Positions 1-10,438 of a stretch of DNA of 64,000 nucleotides are shown here, in pieces. The stretch is from an uncultured Spirochaetota bacterium (GTDB taxonomy: Bacteria; Spirochaetota; Spirochaetia; SZUA-6; Fen-1364). The stretch lies in the NCBI GenBank assembly GCA_963734545.1, contig CAVTHO010000008.1:32001-96000 (forward strand), read 5' to 3'. Position 1 is the stretch's first letter, and every line of letters starts with the position of its first letter. The position numbers and the translations under genes are program-made. The notes below the pieces were generated by a model that was given only the letters and a program-made list of their open reading frames with translations, had not been told where the DNA came from and did no database searches.

Positions 1-1
1 G

Positions 2-3000
2 ACTCGGCCCGAGGTATTCGAAAACGTCCACGGCGCGTGGACCATCGGTTATCTTGACTGTCATGCCGGCATTCAGCGCCGCTCCGTCGGCAAGACGCGT
101 GCCGGTTTCGTACGTGGCGGATGTGGAATCGGAAGGATCCCAGCCGATGAAGTTGCGGGCAACCGAAACGCCGATGGACACGCCGCCGGCACTCTTCGAG
201 GAGCTGCCCGCAACCGCGAGCGAGACGGCCGCGACCGTGGCGTCGATCGACGCCGTGCTGGTCGCTGTAATATCCACGGCGTCGTCGCTGTGGAGCGTAC
301 TGTCGGTGACGGAGGCGTTGGCCTTGGTGAGGACGACGTTCGTCGCCTCGGCGCCTCCGCCGCTCAAGGCAAGAGAGGTCTTCTTGCCGATGCCCACGTC
401 GATCGATGCCGCGACCGACGTCGCCGCGATCGTAGCGTCCTCGACGACGGTGACCTCGATGCTGCCGCCGGCACTGGTTGTGACGGTGGAGTTGTCGATG
501 GAGGCATCGACGGTGTTGTCGATCTCGTTTCTGGCGATGGAGACCCCGACCGAGAGAGCCCCGGCACTGCCGCTCGTCGTGACCGCGACGCCGATGGCGG
601 CGCCGATCACATCGACATCGATGCACGAGGCGTCGAGTGCCGTCACCGATACGTCTCCGGCAGCATGCGCAACGCTGTCTGTGATGGAGGCAGAGACCGT
701 GCTCGTGACCTTGTTCAGCGAGCCGGCACCCGCAGCGGCGAACGCTCCGGTGGTGCCCTTACCGACCGCGCCACCACCGGCACCAGCGACGGAGACTGCA
801 CCGATCGTGTCCTTGACCGTATCAAGTCGGTGACTGTCGCCCGTTCCCGCGACGGTCGTGCTCAAGCGGATGGCCACGGGGGTGTCGCCGGTGGCGTTCT
901 CCTTCGTGGCCGCAAGCTTGATCGTGTCACTGTCCACGACGATGACGTAATAGCGTTCGCCGTTCCGCAGGCCGCCGATCTCCTCCCCGGATACACCGAG
1001 GTTCCGGTAGACCACCCGGTCACCGGTCGCAAGACCGTGGTCGGGGAGCTTGATCTCGTTCGCAGTGGTGACGGCCGTCTTCAGGAAGTCGAACCGTTCG
1101 TCGTGGGCTCCTTCGCTCGCGGCGCTGACCATCAGCTGCAGACCGGTATCGATCGTGGACGAATCAACGGATGCCGTTGTGAAGTTGCTCACTTCGTTGA
1201 ATGCCAGCACGATGCCGAGCGTTGCCGCCCCGCCGCTGCTGTTACCTTTTCTGACACCGAGGGCGACGCCGCCGCCGTCGGCTCGAATCGAGGAAGCATC
1301 CGCAGCCTTGACTGTGGCATTGCCCTGCGTCGTGACGTCAGCGCCGTTCGCGATAAGGGCATGCGCCTCGGCATTGATCGTGTTGAGGGAGACGGCTCCG
1401 GAGAGAACGATCTGATTCTTGTCGCCAGCCCCGAGTGCTCCCGAAACGGTAATCGCCTGAATGTCGGCCCCATTTGTGGCGAGGACCCTCATCTCACCAA
1501 CGTGGAGCAGGTGTGAGCCGTCGACACTCGCAAGAGTTTCGTTTTCAATGGTATTGATCGCCAGGCTGAAGCCGACCGCGAGGTTGCCACCGCCGAGCCC
1601 CACAGATAGCGCACCGGCGAGCGCGAAGATCGAAGACGAATCCTGGGCCTGCACCGTGATATCGCAGGCGCCCGCCGGGCTCGTGGGGACCCTGTTGTCC
1701 CACACGCCGATCACGGAAGATTCTGTCGTGTTGTTGATCTCGTTCAGGGAGACGGAGCCGGCAACGACCAGGGCTCTTCCGTCAGCATCCTTCTTCGAGA
1801 CGGCGACGCCGATACCGACCGCAATCGCCTGGATGTCGCCCACACGATCGGCGCTCAGCACGAGCGTTGCGCCGGGACGGAGGAACAGATTCGTGGATAC
1901 CGCGGCGTCACGGCCGTTGATGAAGGCAGCGGTGCTCCCCGTCAGCTCGTTCTTGCTGAACGAGCCGGCGATGCTCGCCTGATTACGCGCCCTGGATCCC
2001 GGAAGAACGGCCGACACGGCCGCGCCCCAGGCAACGAGCTCGGTGCTGTTGAACGCGGCAAGCGCGATGCTCGGGGACAGGATCTGCCCCGCATCGTGCA
2101 CATAGGCAGAGACGTCATCCTCGACGGTGTTGAGGGAAACATTCGCCGAGATACCGATTCCGTATTTCGGCTTCTGCCCGTCAGAGTCGCCGACGGGAGC
2201 TTCACCCTCTGTCTTCTCCGATGTGGGCGGTTCTTCTTTACCCGCGATGGCGGCAGCGTGGGTGAACGCCCAGAGGTCGCCATCGACCTTGGCATCGACT
2301 TTCAATTGCCCCGACGCGTCGATACTGGTGGTTGTGGAAGGGGCTATCGCATTCGCGGGATCGACGGAGGCGTCGATGGTTCCGACCACCGCGCTGGTGT
2401 CGCGGTCGATGTCGTTAATGGCCACCGTGATGCCGAAGCCGAGGTTCCTCCCCTTGGCGACGCCGCCTGCCCAGTTGATGTTGGTTTCCAGGCTTCCTGA
2501 GTAGATCGTGACGGGGCTGCCGGCGGTGTCGATTTCATCGGGATCTGCTCCCCCGGAGACCTGTACTCCGCCCGACAACTGGGCCCGTGTGCTGCTGGCC
2601 TGTTCGAAGTACGCGACTGTACCGCCGATGGCGTACGTGTCGGATTGGGCGCCGGCCTGGCTGAAGCTGAAATACACGATTGCTTCTTCGGCCTTCATAT
2701 TGAAGCCGCCGCTGCTGCCGCTGTAGATCGCCGCGCCTTCTTCGACGAGGGCGGTCGTTGTGTTGTCCAGCAGCGATACAAGGATGGCGCCGCCGAGGCC
2801 GCCCTTCTTTCCCGTCGATGCCACCGGCGACACGGAGAGCCCCGGATCGAACTCCGGATCGAGCGGGTCGAGGGATGCGCTGGGCAGTTTGAACTCGAAG
2901 GTGCCTGTCACGTTGAAAAACTGCATGTAGTTCGTTGCCTCGACGGACACGACCTGCTGATCTTTCCTTGACTCCGGCGTGGGGGTTCTGAAAACCGTGT

Positions 3001-6000
3001 CCTGGTTGATTCTGGCACCTGAACGGATGATCGCCTCGGAGACATTCCTGAAGTCCAGGAAGTTGACCGAGCCGGCAACAGAGAGCTCGCCCGCTTCGCC
3101 TGAGCTCCTCGCCCATGTGTTGAACAGCTTGGACTGAAGGCCCAGGGTCCCATCGAGATAGTCGTTGACCCCATCCGGTCCCTCGCTCTCCAGCTGGTCG
3201 ACGAGCTCGCCGACGCTCATCGGAATGAATTCGTCGGGACGGGTGAGATAGGGATACGTGATGCCGGAGATGACACGCAGGGCCCGCAGCGCGTCGAGCT
3301 GTGCTCCGGATGCCACCGTTGCCCGGGCGGTGCTGTCCACCAGGCTAACGGCCACGGCGGCGCTGAGCGCGCCCTTTGCGTCCGTCTCGACACTCGTCTC
3401 GGCCTTGGTCTGGATTTGGTCTGAGATCTGGGCCTTGACTTCGAGGTCTTCATTCGACTTGAGCACCGCAGCGGGTCCGACAGTCGCCGAGACCGTGTGG
3501 TCCGCATCCACATACCCCAGAGCGCCTGCCGCCTGCAGCTTGGGTTTTGCTCCGCTGTCCGACTTCTCGGAATTCGCGTTATAGCTGGTCAGGAGTCGGT
3601 CAAGCAGAGATGTGTTCAGTAGATTCCCGACTTTGTCGGTGATACCCTTCGGTTCTTCCTTCTTTACACCCGAATCGACCGTTGCCTTGTTGGTCGCATC
3701 GAGCGAAGCAAGCACTCCGAGCCCGGTCGAAAGACCCGAGTCGAGCACGTGGAGTGCCGTCAGCGTCTGCGTCCCTGTGGCGCCGCTCGCGTCGATATCA
3801 ATGGCGATACCGGCACGGGCTTCGTTCTCCGATTCGGCGAGCCGTATTACCTGTTTGTCGACGAACCGGAGATCTCCCTCCAGGTTGAATTGATTGGTGC
3901 TTGCGATGACGTAGTAGACGTTGCCGGGAGTGAGACCCGCGATCGGTGTGTCTCCATCGGCGACATCATAGCGAACCGCCTGGCCCAACTCGAAGGTGGA
4001 GCCGATCAACGACCCTTCGGGTCGTGCATTGTCGAGAGTAATGGTGTCATTTACGCTATCCACGACCTCGGTACTGCCGGCGTCAAACTCCTTGGTATTC
4101 GCGGCAACCTCGTTGGCGCCGTCCCCCAACTCGAGATCGATTGCGTGTCCCTGAATTGCCCTGTCCCGCGTTTCAGCCAGCTTGATCTTTCCCGGGTCGG
4201 GCGTCGTGATGATGTAATAGTCGCCGCCGTCAGTCAGGCCTCCCTCGCCCACGGCTCCCCCGATGCTCGTGCCGCGACGGTTGGTGTAGGTGACCCGGTC
4301 ACCGGTCGCGAGCGCATTCTCGCCGACGTAGATGGTATCGTTGGCCGTATCAACGTAGCCGGGCCTGGTGGGATCGCGCAGGGTGGGGTCGAACTCCAGC
4401 TTGACCACCGACCCGGGAGCCATGTTCGCCGTTACCGTTCCGTACACCTCGGTGGTGATCGTGGCGTCCGAAAGGCTGATGCCCAAAGAGATTCCGGCGC
4501 TGCCGTCTGCCTGGATCCCGACGGACGCTTCCGCCTCGGCGTCTTCACGACCTTCGGCTGTGATATTGGCGGTCTTGCCCGCAGTGATGGTGACCGATTC
4601 CGCCACGGTGACTTTCGAGACGATTTCGGTCTTCGCGATTGCCAGAGAAATCGCGGGCGTCGCAGAATCGCCGAGGCCCCGACTGGTCTCGGTCTTCAGC
4701 AGAGACACTGCCTTGCCGTCGGTGTTGATCGCTACGCGACCGCTGGGGGAGGTGATCTGCACGCCATCCTGGATATCGATGACGGCGTTCGCCGTTGTGT
4801 CCACATAGCCGAAGCTGAATAGCTTGCTCTTCGCCACGAGGGGCAGGCGAAGCGCTGTCACCGAATCGACTGCACCACCGGCACTGGCATCCGCGCCGGC
4901 ATCGGCCTCGATGGTCACACCGGCCCTGCCGGTCAGACTCACGTTTTCATGGATGGTGACAGTGGCGTCCGAAGTTTTCAGGAGCACCTTGAATGGCAGC
5001 GCGAACAGGCAGGTGACGGTTTGGAACAATTGGTCGATGACGTACTTGTTGAGGAGCTCACTCGTCCCGAAAGAGGAAGTCAGGGATTTGTCGGCGGCTT
5101 CCGCCCTGATGATCAGGGTGTCCGCGCTTATCTCCGCATCCTGCCGAATCTCGATTGTGGCCGTGTTGCTCTTGCTGCCGGGGATGAGATCTTCCAGCTG
5201 CTTGATGCTCGTGTCCCTGGCGCCGAGGGTGATGTTCCCGGAGCTGGTGAGCCTTGCTCCGGTGTCGACGATGATTTTCTCCGCGCGCACCTCCAGGGCG
5301 CGGTTACCCAGATCGATATCACCCTGAATCGTTATTGAGTCATCGCCGAAGCCGAGATCGACCACCACCCGGTCGACCCCGCTGATGTCCACTTCGCGCC
5401 ATGGGGAGCCTAACGAAAGCCCGAGGGGTTCGCTCCACTCCAGGAAATAGAGCACACCCGGCATTTCCTCTATTCTCAGGGTGTCGGGGGCTGGCTGCGT
5501 GAGCGTCAACGTGTCACCGAAGACGGTGCCGCCCAGGGCGAGGGCAGACGGCGTTTCGAAAGCACCCTCCAGTCCTCGAAACTCCACTACGATCGTGCGG
5601 CCGAGATCTACGTCAAGGATCGTGTCGGTCAGCAGCGTTCCGCTCCCGTCGCCATCGGGAATAATGACGGCCAACTTGCCGTCCGGGTCCTCGACGGCCA
5701 GGTTGTCATGGCCCGAGGCGCCACCGTCCACGGTGCCGCTGATGCTGCCGCTGGAGCGCAGGACAAAACCGTCCTCGTTGTCAGCCGCGCCCGTCAGGTT
5801 CTGGAATTGAGAAAATGCGATGCCGTTGACCTCTCCGGCATCGGCTCCGGTGATTTCCCAAACAGCATCTTCATTCGGCCCGAGCAGTTCGTTTGCGCCG
5901 TGAGAACCCGCCGTTATCGCGTGCATGTGGGAGATGCCTCCGCGCACGCCGGTGGTCGCCGGACCGGTACTGCCGAGATTCACCGTCACCGGGGTGGTGT

Positions 6001-9000
6001 ACGCGGAGAAGTCCAGGCTGTTGATGCCCGCGCCGCCGTCGATGCTGCCCGTCATTCCGGCGGCGTCCTCGAAGATGAAGGTATCGCCGGCGAAGCTGCC
6101 GCCGAGGTTCTCGAATCCGCCGAAAATGATCGAGGAAATCGTCACTGCCGGGCTGTTCAGCGAGCCGACGCCCTCCGTCCACGCGCCGCAGCTCACCGCA
6201 GCGGGAACCCCGCCGGTCGTCTCGAGCCGAATCGTTTTCTCATCCACAACTCTTACCGTGTAGGTGGTACCGACAGTCAGGCCGCTTGCGTCGGGCACGG
6301 GAAGATCGCTCTGATAGACGAGCTGGTCATCGTCCGCCAATCCGTGGGGCAGCAGGAATCGGATCGCATCGGCAGGAATCGGTACGACGTCGTTCAGCGA
6401 GACGGTAGTCGCGAGGCTGACCAACGCGTACGAGCCCGTGTTCCATGCGCGGACGTCGACTGCGACAGGAACAGATTCCTCTGTCTTCAGTGCAATGGTG
6501 ACATCATCGATGTACGCGACGATGTACGTGGAGAGGTTGGTGAGCCCACTGATGTCGTTGCTGTCACTGCTCTCGTATCTGACCGCCTCGCCATCGACGT
6601 AGCCGTGGGGCTCCTTGAACTCAATTCCATTGGAGACGCTGGCCACGACGGTGGCGTTCGTGCCAAAACTATCGAGCGATTTGCCGGTCTCCGCGGTACT
6701 CAAAGAGCTCGATCCGGTGCTCCACGCGTCGATGTTCACCGGTACCGCAACCGACTGCGTCGACTCGAGCGTGATGGTGTTTTCATCGACGAATTTGACG
6801 ATGTAGGTTTCACCCGTGACGAGCCCACTGTTGTCGACCGCGAGGTCACTCTGGTAGGTGACCTCGTCGCCGTTCCGGAGGCCATGAGGTGAGGCAAACG
6901 TGATCTCGTTCGATGCTCCGGCCTTCAAGGTGGCATTCTCTCCGGAAGCGTCCAGCCGGATAGAATCGCTGCTCGTCGTGTTCACCTGACCGGCATTCGT
7001 GCCGGTGATCGTCCAAATGTTGTCGTCGTCTGCGCCGAGGAGCGTGTCGGCAGCGCCGGACCCGCCGAGGATCTCGTCGATATTGACGTTGCCGAACCCT
7101 ATCTGGATCTCCACGGGACCCGCCACGGCGCTGTAGTCGAGGATGTCGTTCCCATCGGTTCCGCCGTCGACTCCGACACTCAGACTCGATGAGCTCGCGG
7201 TAAAGGCAAAGGTGTCATCCTGATCTCCCCCGACGAGCGATTCAACGCTGAAGAAGGAGACGATTCCCGACCCATCAAGCGTCCCCGTATCCGCCCCGTC
7301 GACGGTCCAGAGGTGCTCGCCATCCCAGGCGCTCAGGACATCGTCACCGTCGCCGCCGGAATAAATCACCTCAACGACAGGAACGGCTGCCAGCGTCAGG
7401 TTGTCATCACCCGCGCCGAGTGCGAAGAGTATGGATGTTGCAGGTGTGGCGAAGCTGAGTTCGGCTACGAAGGAGTTCGAGCCGGCATCGTAGAAATCTC
7501 CGGAGGCGTTCACGATCTTCTTGCCCGCCGGCGTCGCATCGTCGAGCACGAAGTTGTCGGCAGTCCCGGTACCGAAAACGACGCGGTCAGCACTTGTTCC
7601 CGCTATCAGCGGCTCGATGCCCGCATACCGGAAGGTTCTCTCCCGTGCCGGGTCTGCCGGATTCGCCACGCTAAACGCGTGGGCGTTGTCGCCGGTCGAG
7701 TGAACGGTGATGAAATCATTCCCGCGCTGCACCACCACGCTGTCGGGCCCGCCGGCGCCACCGGTGAGGGTGCCCTCGATCGAACCGTCCAAGAGGACGA
7801 GGAAGGTATCAGGAACAGTGTCTGCTCCGACGAGATTCTCGATCCCGCTGAAATCGAACACACCCTCGAGATAACCTTCGTTTGACCCGGATATCGTCCA
7901 GAGGTTGGCCGCAGATGCCGGGCCGACGAGTGTATCCTGGCTGCCTGACCCGCCGACAACCTCTGATATCCCCACGGCAGAGTTGAGGGCCGTAAAGTCG
8001 ATACGGTCGTCACCGTCTCCGGTATCTATGGCGACGGAAACGCCGGCAAACGGCGCCGTGAGCTCGGTCGCCTCGACGCTGACAATGTCCACGCCCGCGC
8101 CGGTCTTGACGGAGAGATTCTGCAGGCCGGACGCCACGAGCCCGGGAGACGAGATGGTCAAGGAGTCGGCATCGCCGCCGGGTACGTCGTTGGCGCCGAG
8201 GTCGACGGTGACGCTGGCCACGTCAAAGAACGTGACCGCTTCGAATGCCACGCCGCCGCTCGTGCCCCTGATTCGGTTCTGCCCAAGAGCGGGGCTGTCG
8301 ATGACGACTTCGTCCACGCCGGTCAGGTTCTCAGGCGTGGTACCGGGAAACAGCGCAGATGTGTCGTCGGTACGGAACGTGTAGGCGGAAACGCCGCTGA
8401 TCGTCACCGGCTCGAGGCCGGTGAATTGCACGAACGTCGTGACAGGGGTCCCGTCCGCATCACCTCTCAACGCCAGCATGCCGGCGTCTGCGCCGAGGGC
8501 CGTGTAATCGGCGATGATGCCATCGGCGCCGATGAACACCAGGCTGTCGTACCAGCCGGAACCGCCATCGAAGGTGATACCGTCGTTCAGCCAGAAGGGG
8601 ACGGAAAAATCCACGGTAAGCAGATCGTCTGATTCGTCGGAACCGAATATTCCGATCGAAGTGAGTGACGCCAGTGGCGCCGACGCGACGACCTGATTGG
8701 CGTTGTTACTGAAAATTTCTATATTGCGGTGCGTTTGCCAATCGACTCTGAGAATCAAGTCGTTCTGACCCGCGCTGGAAATGATTCGAAACGTCTCGGC
8801 CCCTATTGGAGGAGGCTGCGGTGCGTGTAATGTCTCAACGAACTCATCAGGTTGCGTTGAAAAAGCCGACACGGAAGGAGCGCCGGCCGCCGATGCCGTG
8901 AAGGCCTTTTCGCCTCCATCTGCAAAGGAGAACGAGACAATCACGACGTCGTCGGTGTCTGTGTTTTCGTACAACTCCGCCACCTTGGCGGCACGCGGCT

Positions 9001-9337
9001 TTTCCGGCTCGGTCTCAGTATCGATGGGGGGATTCTTGAGCAGGTCGACGTCACAAGCGTTGTCCAGGGCATCACAAGGCTCAGTTTTGACAGAATTTGC
9101 CTTTTGTTCAGTGTCGTCCGTTTCGCCCCCGAAAAGGTCAGCAAGCTGCACATCGGGAGAGTAGGTGAGGCCCGAGCGTTCCATGCCAAATTCAGGGAGC
9201 TCTACCGTGATTACCTCTTGAGCAATCGCTTCGTCGATCGGATGGATGGCAAGGACAGCTACTTCCGGCAGAAGACCGTTGCCTGACAAAAGGAGTCGGG
9301 GTTCCAGTTGTTCCAGCCTATATCGGTCCTTACTCAT
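2..9337 (-). CDS. Giant LEPR-XLL-domain secreted/surface repeat protein, N-terminal >=3112 aa; continues beyond the left edge of the window
   Basis: Manual translation from ATG 9337 gives MSKDRYRLEQLEPRLLLSGNG (LEPR-XLL signature). The same frame at the window start reads AGGVSIGVSVARNFIGWD. The + strand shadow ORFs (54, 1461, 2127, 3258, 4368, 5481, 7905, 8781) share one register and the track lists no stop-bounded ORF in this frame. Gly/Ala/Asp/Thr-rich beta-repeat composition. Confidence 0.9.
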   Translation of the reverse strand, partial: MSKDRYRLEQLEPRLLLSGNGLLPEVAVLAIHPIDEAIAQEVITVELPEFGMERSGLTYSPDVQLADLFGGETDDTEQKANSVKTEPCDALDNACDVDLLKNPPIDTETEPEKPRAAKVAELYENTDTDDVVIVSFSFADGGEKAFTASAAGAPSVSAFSTQPDEFVETLHAPQPPPIGAETFRIISSAGQNDLILRVDWQTHRNIEIFSNNANQVVASAPLASLTSIGIFGSDESDDLLTVDFSVPFWLNDGITFDGGSGWYDSLVFIGADGIIADYTALGADAGMLALRGDADGTPVTTFVQFTGLEPVTISGVSAYTFRTDDTSALFPGTTPENLTGVDEVVIDSPALGQNRIRGTSGGVAFEAVTFFDVASVTVDLGANDVPGGDADSLTISSPGLVASGLQNLSVKTGAGVDIVSVEATELTAPFAGVSVAIDTGDGDDRIDFTALNSAVGISEVVGGSGSQDTLVGPASAANLWTISGSNEGYLEGVFDFSGIENLVGADTVPDTFLVLLDGSIEGTLTGGAGGPDSVVVQRGNDFITVHSTGDNAHAFSVANPADPARERTFRYAGIEPLIAGTSADRVVFGTGTADNFVLDDATPAGKKIVNASGDFYDAGSNSFVAELSFATPATSILFALGAGDDNLTLAAVPVVEVIYSGGDGDDVLSAWDGEHLWTVDGADTGTLDGSGIVSFFSVESLVGGDQDDTFAFTASSSSLSVGVDGGTDGNDILDYSAVAGPVEIQIGFGNVNIDEILGGSGAADTLLGADDDNIWTITGTNAGQVNTTSSDSIRLDASGENATLKAGASNEITFASPHGLRNGDEVTYQSDLAVDNSGLVTGETYIVKFVDENTITLESTQSVAVPVNIDAWSTGSSSLSTAETGKSLDSFGTNATVVASVSNGIEFKEPHGYVDGEAVRYESSDSNDISGLTNLSTYIVAYIDDVTIALKTEESVPVAVDVRAWNTGSYALVSLATTVSLNDVVPIPADAIRFLLPHGLADDDQLVYQSDLPVPDASGLTVGTTYTVRVVDEKTIRLETTGGVPAAVSCGAWTEGVGSLNSPAVTISSIIFGGFENLGGSFAGDTFIFEDAAGMTGSIDGGAGINSLDFSAYTTPVTVNLGSTGPATTGVRGGISHMHAITAGSHGANELLGPNEDAVWEITGADAGEVNGIAFSQFQNLTGAADNEDGFVLRSSGSISGTVDGGASGHDNLAVEDPDGKLAVIIPDGDGSGTLLTDTILDVDLGRTIVVEFRGLEGAFETPSALALGGTVFGDTLTLTQPAPDTLRIEEMPGVLYFLEWSEPLGLSLGSPWREVDISGVDRVVVDLGFGDDSITIQGDIDLGNRALEVRAEKIIVDTGARLTSSGNITLGARDTSIKQLEDLIPGSKSNTATIEIRQDAEISADTLIIRAEAADKSLTSSFGTSELLNKYVIDQLFQTVTCLFALPFKVLLKTSDATVTIHENVSLTGRAGVTIEADAGADASAGGAVDSVTALRLPLVAKSKLFSFGYVDTTANAVIDIQDGVQITSPSGRVAINTDGKAVSLLKTETSRGLGDSATPAISLAIAKTEIVSKVTVAESVTITAGKTANITAEGREDAEAEASVGIQADGSAGISLGISLSDATITTEVYGTVTANMAPGSVVKLEFDPTLRDPTRPGYVDTANDTIYVGENALATGDRVTYTNRRGTSIGGAVGEGGLTDGGDYYIITTPDPGKIKLAETRDRAIQGHAIDLELGDGANEVAANTKEFDAGSTEVVDSVNDTITLDNARPEGSLIGSTFELGQAVRYDVADGDTPIAGLTPGNVYYVIASTNQFNLEGDLRFVDKQVIRLAESENEARAGIAIDIDASGATGTQTLTALHVLDSGLSTGLGVLASLDATNKATVDSGVKKEEPKGITDKVGNLLNTSLLDRLLTSYNANSEKSDSGAKPKLQAAGALGYVDADHTVSATVGPAAVLKSNEDLEVKAQISDQIQTKAETSVETDAKGALSAAVAVSLVDSTARATVASGAQLDALRALRVISGITYPYLTRPDEFIPMSVGELVDQLESEGPDGVNDYLDGTLGLQSKLFNTWARSSGEAGELSVAGSVNFLDFRNVSEAIIRSGARINQDTVFRTPTPESRKDQQVVSVEATNYMQFFNVTGTFEFKLPSASLDPLDPEFDPGLSVSPVASTGKKGGLGGAILVSLLDNTTTALVEEGAAIYSGSSGGFNMKAEEAIVYFSFSQAGAQSDTYAIGGTVAYFEQASSTRAQLSGGVQVSGGADPDEIDTAGSPVTIYSGSLETNINWAGGVAKGRNLGFGITVAINDIDRDTSAVVGTIDASVDPANAIAPSTTTSIDASGQLKVDAKVDGDLWAFTHAAAIAGKEEPPTSEKTEGEAPVGDSDGQKPKYGIGISANVSLNTVEDDVSAYVHDAGQILSPSIALAAFNSTELVAWGAAVSAVLPGSRARNQASIAGSFSKNELTGSTAAFINGRDAAVSTNLFLRPGATLVLSADRVGDIQAIAVGIGVAVSKKDADGRALVVAGSVSLNEINNTTESSVIGVWDNRVPTSPAGACDITVQAQDSSSIFALAGALSVGLGGGNLAVGFSLAINTIENETLASVDGSHLLHVGEMRVLATNGADIQAITVSGALGAGDKNQIVLSGAVSLNTINAEAHALIANGADVTTQGNATVKAADASSIRADGGGVALGVRKGNSSGGAATLGIVLAFNEVSNFTTASVDSSTIDTGLQLMVSAASEGAHDERFDFLKTAVTTANEIKLPDHGLATGDRVVYRNLGVSGEEIGGLRNGERYYVIVVDSDTIKLAATKENATGDTPVAIRLSTTVAGTGDSHRLDTVKDTIGAVSVAGAGGGAVGKGTTGAFAAAGAGSLNKVTSTVSASITDSVAHAAGDVSVTALDASCIDVDVIGAAIGVAVTTSGSAGALSVGVSIARNEIDNTVDASIDNSTVTTSAGGSIEVTVVEDATIAATSVAASIDVGIGKKTSLALSGGGAEATNVVLTKANASVTDSTLHSDDAVDITATSTASIDATVAAVSLAVAGSSSKSAGGVSIGVSVARNFIGWDPSDSTSATYETGTRLADGAALNAGMTVKITDGPRAVDVFEYLGPS

Positions 9338-9370
9338 TTCTGACTTCTTAATTCACATTTGCGGCCGGAA

Positions 9371-9399
9371 AGTCTAAGACACGGTGTTCCCGAAGTCAA
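9371..9399 (-). promoter_or_regulatory. Putative sigma70 promoter of the giant gene
   Basis: TTGACT-17 nt-TAGACT on the minus strand, 33 nt upstream of ATG 9337. Confidence 0.55.
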
Positions 9400-9588
9400 G
9401 GGCATCTCGCACGAATTCTCGGACCTCTTTCGCAGGATTGCTGCCCCGGTGGAGCTCGGGATCCGTCAGACTGACACCGGATGGCCGCTTTGCCAGGCAG
9501 GGTCCGCAGCACCCGCTCTCATTGGGGTTTTTACGGCTAAAAAGTGCATAGTCTAATGCTAGGTGGCTGTCCCCGGGGAGGACGACGG

Positions 9589-9696
9589 ATGAAAATTCTT
9601 CGCAAGTATGGGTACCCGCCGGACAAGCAGGAGAAGGCAACCGAAACGGTGCTGGAACAAGCCGCCGTGCTGTCGGAAGAATGGGCGGTAGCTTGA
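9589..9696 (+). pseudogene. hsdR: C-terminal relic of a type I restriction enzyme R subunit (DUF3387-type tail)
   Basis: Translates as [35 protein letters not shown], the characteristic last ~35 aa of HsdR proteins. The rest of the gene is absent. Confidence 0.8.
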
Positions 9697-9804
9697 ATCC
9701 GTCACCATTCGGCGTTGCTCTCTCAGCGATCATGAGGGAGACGGCGCCACGCAAGGGCTTGCGCCCGGCACTTTTCTATGTCTCCATTGGATTGAGGATC
9801 CATC

Positions 9805-10098
9805 GTGAAAAGCCGGGAAGAGGTACTCAGCATACTACGCGCGGCGCGGAGTGACCTGGAAACGCGGTATCAGGTCACTCGGATCGCCCTTTTCGGCTCC
9901 TATGCGCGTGGAGATCAGCGAGAGGACAGCGACATTGACGTGCTCATCGACGTCGATCCATCAATCGGCATGAAGCTCGTTACGCTGGCAAACGAGCTGG
10001 AGAATCTGCTCGGTAATCGTGTCGAGCTTGTAACCTCCCGGGCTGTCAGCCCGAAGATGAAACAGATCCTCGAGGCTGAATGCATTGAAGTCGCGTAG
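9805..10098 (+). CDS. Minimal nucleotidyltransferase (MNT) antitoxin
   Basis: 97 aa with LFGSYARGDQREDSDIDVL (GS-x10-DxD motif). Overlaps the downstream HEPN gene. Confidence 0.9.
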   Translation: MKSREEVLSILRAARSDLETRYQVTRIALFGSYARGDQREDSDIDVLIDVDPSIGMKLVTLANELENLLGNRVELVTSRAVSPKMKQILEAECIEVA

Positions 10099-10438
10099 GG
10101 CGGACAGACTCCTCCTCGAGGACATGCTTGAATCGATAGAGCGGATAGCCAGTTATTCATCAGGCATGGACAGGGGGACTTTCCTTTCGGACCGCAAGAC
10201 GATAGACGCCGTTGTGAGGAATCTCGAGGTCATCGGCGAAGCTGCGGCCCGGCTGACCGATGAAGCCAGGAAACAGAAGTCGGACATCGAGTGGGTGCAG
10301 ATTGTCGGTCTGCGAAACAGGATCGTGCACGAATACTTCGGCGTCGACGCAGAGATTGTCTGGGACATCATTACCCGCGACCTTACGAAGCTGAAGATCG
10401 GTTTGCAGTCGATTCTAAGAATGCGGACCTTGGAATGA
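10085..10438 (+). CDS. HEPN/HepT (DUF86) ribonuclease toxin
   Basis: 117 aa with RNLEVIGEAA and the RNRIVHEY (R-x4-H-x-Y) motif. Paired with the MNT gene. Confidence 0.9.
   Translation: MKSRRADRLLLEDMLESIERIASYSSGMDRGTFLSDRKTIDAVVRNLEVIGEAAARLTDEARKQKSDIEWVQIVGLRNRIVHEYFGVDAEIVWDIITRDLTKLKIGLQSILRMRTLE

Noticed and set aside
54-9286. Numerous long + strand ORFs at the left end
   Set aside because: They are antisense shadows of the giant minus-strand gene in GC-rich DNA.
9400-9560. c-di-GMP riboswitch upstream of the giant surface protein gene
   Set aside because: A GGCAAAGC word is present, but I could not fit the GEMM two-stem architecture, and it lies upstream of the predicted promoter.
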